32,000 nucleotides of DNA. Origin: Aliivibrio fischeri ES114. GTDB taxonomy: Bacteria > Pseudomonadota > Gammaproteobacteria > Enterobacterales > Vibrionaceae. Below, in pieces: positions 27,007-32,000 of this stretch. Below the pieces are notes generated by a model. The model was not told the DNA's origin, made no database searches, and saw only the letters and a list, made by a program, of their open reading frames with translations. Position 1 is the stretch's first letter; every line of letters starts with the position of its first letter. The DNA lies in the NCBI RefSeq assembly GCF_000011805.1, contig NC_006841.2; one strand, given 5' to 3'. Both the position numbers and the translations under genes were made by a program.

Positions 27007-27750
27007 TTATTGTTTTGCTTTGTATTTAGAAGGGAACTTATGAGCTATATCAGTACAGATACCATCTACACCCCAGTTAAATAGTTCATTTGCACGAGCC
27101 AAATCATTCACCGTCCAAACATTCACTTTAATGCCTGATGCTTTAAATTTTTGCACCATATCGCGAGTTAATCCTTTTTCTTCAGGGTGAATATAATCCG
27201 CTTGGCACCACTCAATAATTGAATTCCAGTCATCCCATAAAGTGTGACTTTCAAATAAACACGCAACTTTGGTTTCAGGACTTTTACGCTTAAATTCAGA
27301 TAAAACAAGATGATTAAAGCTTGAAATGATCAGCTCTCTTTCAGAGTTCAGCTCTTTTAATGCCGTAATCAGATTATCAATCAATAAATGACTAAGCTTT
27401 GCGCTCGCTGAACATGATTTGATTTCGATATTCAAATTCAATTCTTTTTCGTTCGCTAATGTAATTAATTGTTGAATCGTCGGTAAACGCTCATCAATAT
27501 AGTCATCACTAAACCAACTGCCAGCATCAATAGAAGATAAATCAGCACTACTAATATCACACAAGCGACCACTTTTATCAGTGCAACGATCTAACGTATC
27601 GTCATGAGATATGATCACAGTGCCATCTTGTAGAATATCGACATCACATTCAAACCATTGAACGCCATGATCTTTACATAATGAGAATGCTGAAAGGGTA
27701 TTTTCAGGAGCCAGAGAAGACATTCCACGATGAGCTATTAATGTTTTCAT
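27007..27750 (-). CDS. Cytoplasmic glycerophosphodiester phosphodiesterase (UgpQ/GlpQ family)
   Basis: LIAHRGMSSLAPENTLSAF...WFECDV...ISHDDTLDR are GDPD catalytic motifs. No signal peptide. Confidence 0.88.
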   Translation of the reverse strand: MKTLIAHRGMSSLAPENTLSAFSLCKDHGVQWFECDVDILQDGTVIISHDDTLDRCTDKSGRLCDISSADLSSIDAGSWFSDDYIDERLPTIQQLITLANEKELNLNIEIKSCSASAKLSHLLIDNLITALKELNSERELIISSFNHLVLSEFKRKSPETKVACLFESHTLWDDWNSIIEWCQADYIHPEEKGLTRDMVQKFKASGIKVNVWTVNDLARANELFNWGVDGICTDIAHKFPSKYKAKQ

Positions 27751-28130
27751 TGTTAACCTATTTCACGTGTTAAAAGATAGAAATAATAATAACGCTTAGG
27801 TCATTGCATAAATGTGACAGAAACGAACAAAATGCGCATTCGAACGCTCGAATTGGAACTTTTATTACTTTTTGCAGCAAAGTTAACAATATTAATCACT
27901 AGAAATTAGCTCACAAACTAATTTAACACCTATCAAACTATACCCATTTAGTAGTAAAAACTATTTCAATGCCAATTTTCAACAGAATAAGTAACCATTA
28001 ATATATAAGCTAAGTAAATAATTGAATTCATTAATAATGTAAATGATGACTTTGCTAATACTGTTTGTTAGTAAGTAAAAAAATAGCACTTCATCTAAGA
28101 TAAAGTGCCATCACGTTGGTTTATGAAATA

Positions 28131-30101
28131 TTACTGCTGATAATAAGCTTTTTTCTCTCGATACATATGTTCATCAGCAACGGTAAACATTTTGAATAAC
28201 TCTGTTTTATCTGAACATGCCCAACCAATAGAATAATGGGCAGCATAAGAGCTCCCTTCTTTATCGAAGAATGAAAGATCCTTTTGATTCACTCTCAATT
28301 TATCAGACAACTGAAGGCACTCACCTTGCGTTACATTCTCTACAAGCAAAACAAACTCATCACCACCAATACGATAAAACTTAATGTCGCTTGATAATAC
28401 CTGAGCAATATTATGACAACTCGCTTTAATCAATTCATCACCAATACTGTGTCCATATTGATCATTAATCAACTTTAATCCATTAACATCTAAAATGAAC
28501 AAACCAAAATTCCAAACCGCTTTAGAATCTCGATATCTCTTTTGGTAATGAGCTAAATCCTCATCAAATGCTTTTCTATTTCCGCAGGCAAGTAATACAT
28601 CGGTTCTGGCAATATCTGCTAATTCTAACCATGATGACAATTGCTTAATAAATAGTTCAAATACAAGCACTTGCTTTTCCAAGGCATCTGTAGATACAAA
28701 GTGTAAACTAGCTAAGACCTTATAATTACTTGAAACAATCTCTATCCCTGCATTATCTCCTAGAGGGTCAAAACTTAGCTTCCAAACCATATCTGGGAAT
28801 AATTTTTTCAGCTGTTGCTCAACTTTCGCAGGTACATCATGAAAATCTAATGACTTATATTCAGAGCCAAACTCAATGACTGCTGCTAAGTTATTTTTAT
28901 TTAACTCTTCACGAAATAATGCATCACTAATTTGTGCTGTCTGTTTTTTAACTTGAATTTCCAGCTCTTGATTAAATGATGATAATTTTTCGTTACTTAA
29001 TTCAATTAAGTTTTTAGATTCATTCAGCTCATCATTTTTCTTTTTAAGTTCAAGTAATTGATTACGAATCGTTGAACTCATTGTCTTTAAAACGATTGCC
29101 ATTCGCTCAAATTCACTAAATTGAAAACGCTTTTCTCGCTTATTTGGCTTATTGGTTGCGTAACTCACAATGGTCTCTTCCATTTCACCAAATTCTTTTG
29201 AGATCCAACGGGTAATCCCCATAGCCAAACAAATTACCGTAATAAGCGTCCACCCAATAACAGTGAACAGAGCTAATAAAGACGACTTCATGTCTTTTAA
29301 TCGTGACACATCAGAAAATTGGTAAGTAATATCTAATGTCAACGATGATGAAAATGAAGGATTATTTAATATAAAAATACGTTCAAGTTTTCCATCTTCT
29401 GCTTTTTGTTGGTTAACAGAATGATCTTCATTGCCAATATGTTGATTTAATTTAAAATTTTCATCTTTAAATAGAAAATGTTGGAAGTGCTCTTCTATTG
29501 TCTCAAACGAAATCAACACGACAACATAACCAGAGGCTCGATAACGACCAGATCCCTCTAAGTTATAAGCTAACATTGGAGTAACTAAAGCGATTCCTTT
29601 AGAAGATGAGGACTCCTTTATTAAGTTTGGCTCTGAGTAAAACAGTGTCTTAGTTAGCCCTTTCTCATATATCGTATGATCGATATTAATCTGCTTAAGT
29701 AACTGACTATTTTCAAAATGATATGGACGACCGTTTAAATTATATAATGGTTCCCATTTATCGTTGAGAACGTACACGCTATTAATCAAGCGTGACAGTT
29801 CACTAAACCGAGTTAAATTATGCCTAACTACACTAGAATAAAGAATATTATCTAACGCTTGAATGTTAAATCGGTCACGTGACAGCCAATTGAGGCTTTG
29901 CTGAATACGATCGAACTCCACCACTATCTCTTGCGCAATGGTAGATACGGCATTTTGAATTTGCTGTTCTTTTTGATTAAATAGCGTTTCACCTATGCTA
30001 TTAGTTAAAAATTGACTAATAAATATCAATGGCACAAGCGAGCAAATAATCAAAACGTAAGTGAATGCTTTACGTAAGCTCACATATGGGCGAGAAATCA
30101 T
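28131..30101 (-). CDS. Membrane-bound sensory diguanylate cyclase (GGDEF)
   Basis: TM segment, a periplasmic domain of about 250 aa, a second TM segment, a coiled-coil linker, and a C-terminal GGDEF domain (FILDVNGLKLINDQYGHSIGD...RIGGDEFVLL). I see no RxxD I-site 5 residues upstream of GGDEF. Confidence 0.88.
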   Translation of the reverse strand: MISRPYVSLRKAFTYVLIICSLVPLIFISQFLTNSIGETLFNQKEQQIQNAVSTIAQEIVVEFDRIQQSLNWLSRDRFNIQALDNILYSSVVRHNLTRFSELSRLINSVYVLNDKWEPLYNLNGRPYHFENSQLLKQINIDHTIYEKGLTKTLFYSEPNLIKESSSSKGIALVTPMLAYNLEGSGRYRASGYVVVLISFETIEEHFQHFLFKDENFKLNQHIGNEDHSVNQQKAEDGKLERIFILNNPSFSSSLTLDITYQFSDVSRLKDMKSSLLALFTVIGWTLITVICLAMGITRWISKEFGEMEETIVSYATNKPNKREKRFQFSEFERMAIVLKTMSSTIRNQLLELKKKNDELNESKNLIELSNEKLSSFNQELEIQVKKQTAQISDALFREELNKNNLAAVIEFGSEYKSLDFHDVPAKVEQQLKKLFPDMVWKLSFDPLGDNAGIEIVSSNYKVLASLHFVSTDALEKQVLVFELFIKQLSSWLELADIARTDVLLACGNRKAFDEDLAHYQKRYRDSKAVWNFGLFILDVNGLKLINDQYGHSIGDELIKASCHNIAQVLSSDIKFYRIGGDEFVLLVENVTQGECLQLSDKLRVNQKDLSFFDKEGSSYAAHYSIGWACSDKTELFKMFTVADEHMYREKKAYYQQ

Positions 30102-31261
30102 GATCCTTCTACCTTTTTAGAAAAACGATCAATCAATTGATTAATATAAAGCATGGTTTCTTCTTTAGGCATACCATCAGAATAACGAGATACGCCTCTT
30201 GCTAGAGCTTCCCAAATAAACGAGACTCGCACACTTGTTGGCATCGGCTGCGATTGTAAATATTGTTGATACACTGCATACATCACTTCTTGATCAGGTT
30301 GTATCGATATTTGATTTACTTCCGTTGAAGCCGAGATATATTGATGCTCATTAATTAATTTAGTCAAAAATGCTTTGTCTTGAACCATAGTCAATAACTG
30401 TTTAATCATCACTCTTTTAGCTGGGTTCTGTAATGCTGTTTTCGTGATCATTAGTACTTTACCTGCAGATAGAGATTTCATTGGTATACCACGATAACTT
30501 GGTAATGAGGCAATGCCGAGGTTACTACCGAACTTTTCACGTAAATCACTTACCGCCCAGTCCCCATCAATAAGGTATGACGCTTTACCATCTATAAATA
30601 ACTGTCGACTACATAAACTATTACATTGAGACCCCAAGTGATTCAATCTTACTAATTCATGAAAGAAAACTAATGTATTCATGCATTCATGATCTTTAAA
30701 ATGAATCTGATCAAGCGGTATCTCTGGATGAAATAAACTAAAAAAAGCCGAAAAGAAATACATATCACGCGAGCTAAACGCAATGTGTGTTTTCTCTGGT
30801 TCTTTTTCAGATAACGCTTGTAATTGCTCCCACTGAGTAACAGGGGTAGGAGTCTTACTCTTATCGTAAAAAAGCATTAAATGATTACCAAGAAATAGAG
30901 GTAAGCCCATATAACTATCACCTACCATCGCACTTTGGCGCGCAGCTGGCTCTAACTGATCTTGATTTATCCACACTTTTGGAATCGGTGAAATACCTAT
31001 AAATTTATGCAACCCAAGAAAATCAGAAGGCACCCACGCCACATCTGGCATGTAATTTTTAGATCTTGAAGCTAATAAGAGTTCTGCTTTCATTTCATCA
31101 ATTGAGAATTTACGAATCATCAATTGGTTCCCTGTTCTTACTTCAAATTCAGCTGCTAACTCCTGATCAACGTTATCGCCAAATGCACTCCAAAATTCAA
31201 GCATTTCCGCTTTCGATATAAATGAAATAAATAATAATATAAGGGTGAAGAATTTAGACAT
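30098..31261 (-). CDS. Periplasmic solute-binding protein (family-1, MalE/PotD-like), likely a sensor partner
   Basis: Signal peptide MSKFFTLILLFISFISKA and SBP-like sequence (LEFWSAF...PDVAWVPSDFLG...). Its stop overlaps the DGC start (ATGA at 30098-30101). Confidence 0.75.
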   Translation of the reverse strand: MSKFFTLILLFISFISKAEMLEFWSAFGDNVDQELAAEFEVRTGNQLMIRKFSIDEMKAELLLASRSKNYMPDVAWVPSDFLGLHKFIGISPIPKVWINQDQLEPAARQSAMVGDSYMGLPLFLGNHLMLFYDKSKTPTPVTQWEQLQALSEKEPEKTHIAFSSRDMYFFSAFFSLFHPEIPLDQIHFKDHECMNTLVFFHELVRLNHLGSQCNSLCSRQLFIDGKASYLIDGDWAVSDLREKFGSNLGIASLPSYRGIPMKSLSAGKVLMITKTALQNPAKRVMIKQLLTMVQDKAFLTKLINEHQYISASTEVNQISIQPDQEVMYAVYQQYLQSQPMPTSVRVSFIWEALARGVSRYSDGMPKEETMLYINQLIDRFSKKVEGS

Positions 31262-31518
31262 GGGATTGTTTTTACAAGTCAGATAAAAATGGAAAATATG
31301 CAGAGTAAATTAGTATAGTTTTAAGGTTGAATATTATATCAGATAAAGCTTAATTTACCTCTTTCTATTTATAAAATACCTCTTTAGGAGTTCATATTAG
31401 GTATTGAACTTCGCCCTTTAAATTTCCAAAAAAGAAAAGACTCTTTGAATTAATTTCACTAACTGAAACAGCAATAATTTCATTAGAATATAACCATACT
31501 AATAAAAAGGGTTTTATC

Positions 31519-32000
31519 ATGAGTCAAGAACGTTTCTATAGCATCATTACCGATGCCAATTTGTCACCAAAACAAAAATCAAACTACTTAGCATTAGAAG
31601 CTGAAGCAAGTTTGCCTTATATGGAAATTAATACAGAAACTCGCAAAGCAATGGATGACGGCGTTCTTTGTGATATGTTTGAAGGCCATGCCCCTTTTAA
31701 ACCTCGCTATGTATTACCTGATTACGCTAAGTTTTTAACTCAAGGTTCAGAATATTTAGAGTTAAGCCCAGCAGAAAATTTTGATGATGCATTAAATTTA
31801 CTCACCATCATTTATCATCATGTCCCTTCTGTTACTTCTATTCCTGTTTATCTTGGTCAACTTGATACTGTACTTCTGCCTTATGTTGGCGCCCTTAGCG
31901 ATGAAGAAATTTACCAAAAAATAAAACGTTTTTGGATCATGTTAGATCGCACCCTTCCTGATGCATTCATGCACGTAAACATTGGCCCAACGGACAATAT
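31519..32000 (+). CDS. YjjI-family glycine-radical-enzyme-like protein, N-terminal part (continues past the window)
   Basis: ATG at 31519, frame open to the window end. MSQERFYSIITDANLSPKQKSNYLALEAEASLPYM...CDMFEGHAPFKPRYVLPDYAKFL...IIYHHVPSVTSIPVYLG resembles E. coli YjjI as I recall it. Confidence 0.55.
   Translation, partial: MSQERFYSIITDANLSPKQKSNYLALEAEASLPYMEINTETRKAMDDGVLCDMFEGHAPFKPRYVLPDYAKFLTQGSEYLELSPAENFDDALNLLTIIYHHVPSVTSIPVYLGQLDTVLLPYVGALSDEEIYQKIKRFWIMLDRTLPDAFMHVNIGPTDN

Noticed and set aside
25667-27750. Functional link between the glycerophosphodiesterase/MFS operon and the phospholipase effector (scavenging of lipid breakdown products)
   Set aside because: The two are separated by two unrelated housekeeping-type genes and terminators, with no shared regulation visible. 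Adjacency is most likely coincidental.
1-32000. CRISPR arrays, tRNA/rRNA genes, IS elements, integrases or phage genes flanking the T6SS module
   Set aside because: I saw no spaced direct-repeat arrays, no transposase or integrase-like ORFs, and no terminal inverted repeats at 15865-15908 or 23842-24015. How the module was mobilised cannot be inferred from this window.

Overview
AT-rich gammaproteobacterial segment. The partial LuxR at the left edge closely resembles Aliivibrio fischeri LuxR as I remember it, which points to Aliivibrio; this genus call is an inference. Left to right: the 3' end of luxR; an MscS-like channel; a yjiH/yjiG-like membrane pair with an M20 peptidase; AraC, PEBP and lipoprotein genes; a YgbA-like Cys-rich protein coupled to a LysR regulator and followed by an SGNH hydrolase; HAD, LysE and OMP genes; and the fructose PTS locus fruBKA with divergent fruR and three Cra-type palindromes. 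The main accessory element is a roughly 8-kb minus-strand T6SS auxiliary cargo module (15909-23841). It comprises a sigma-54-type promoter, hcp, a hairpin attenuator, vgrG and a DUF4123 adaptor. These are followed by a DUF2235/Tle1-like phospholipase reading frame cut by a single in-frame TGA, then four tandem paralogous lipoprotein genes that I infer to be immunity genes. Two of those four are disrupted almost exclusively by single-base insertions. To the right lie a trmK-like methyltransferase, a Cof-type HAD, a glycerophosphodiesterase plus MFS operon, a translationally coupled periplasmic-binding-protein/GGDEF pair, and the 5' end of a YjjI-like gene. I found no CRISPR array, tRNA/rRNA, transposase or integrase.
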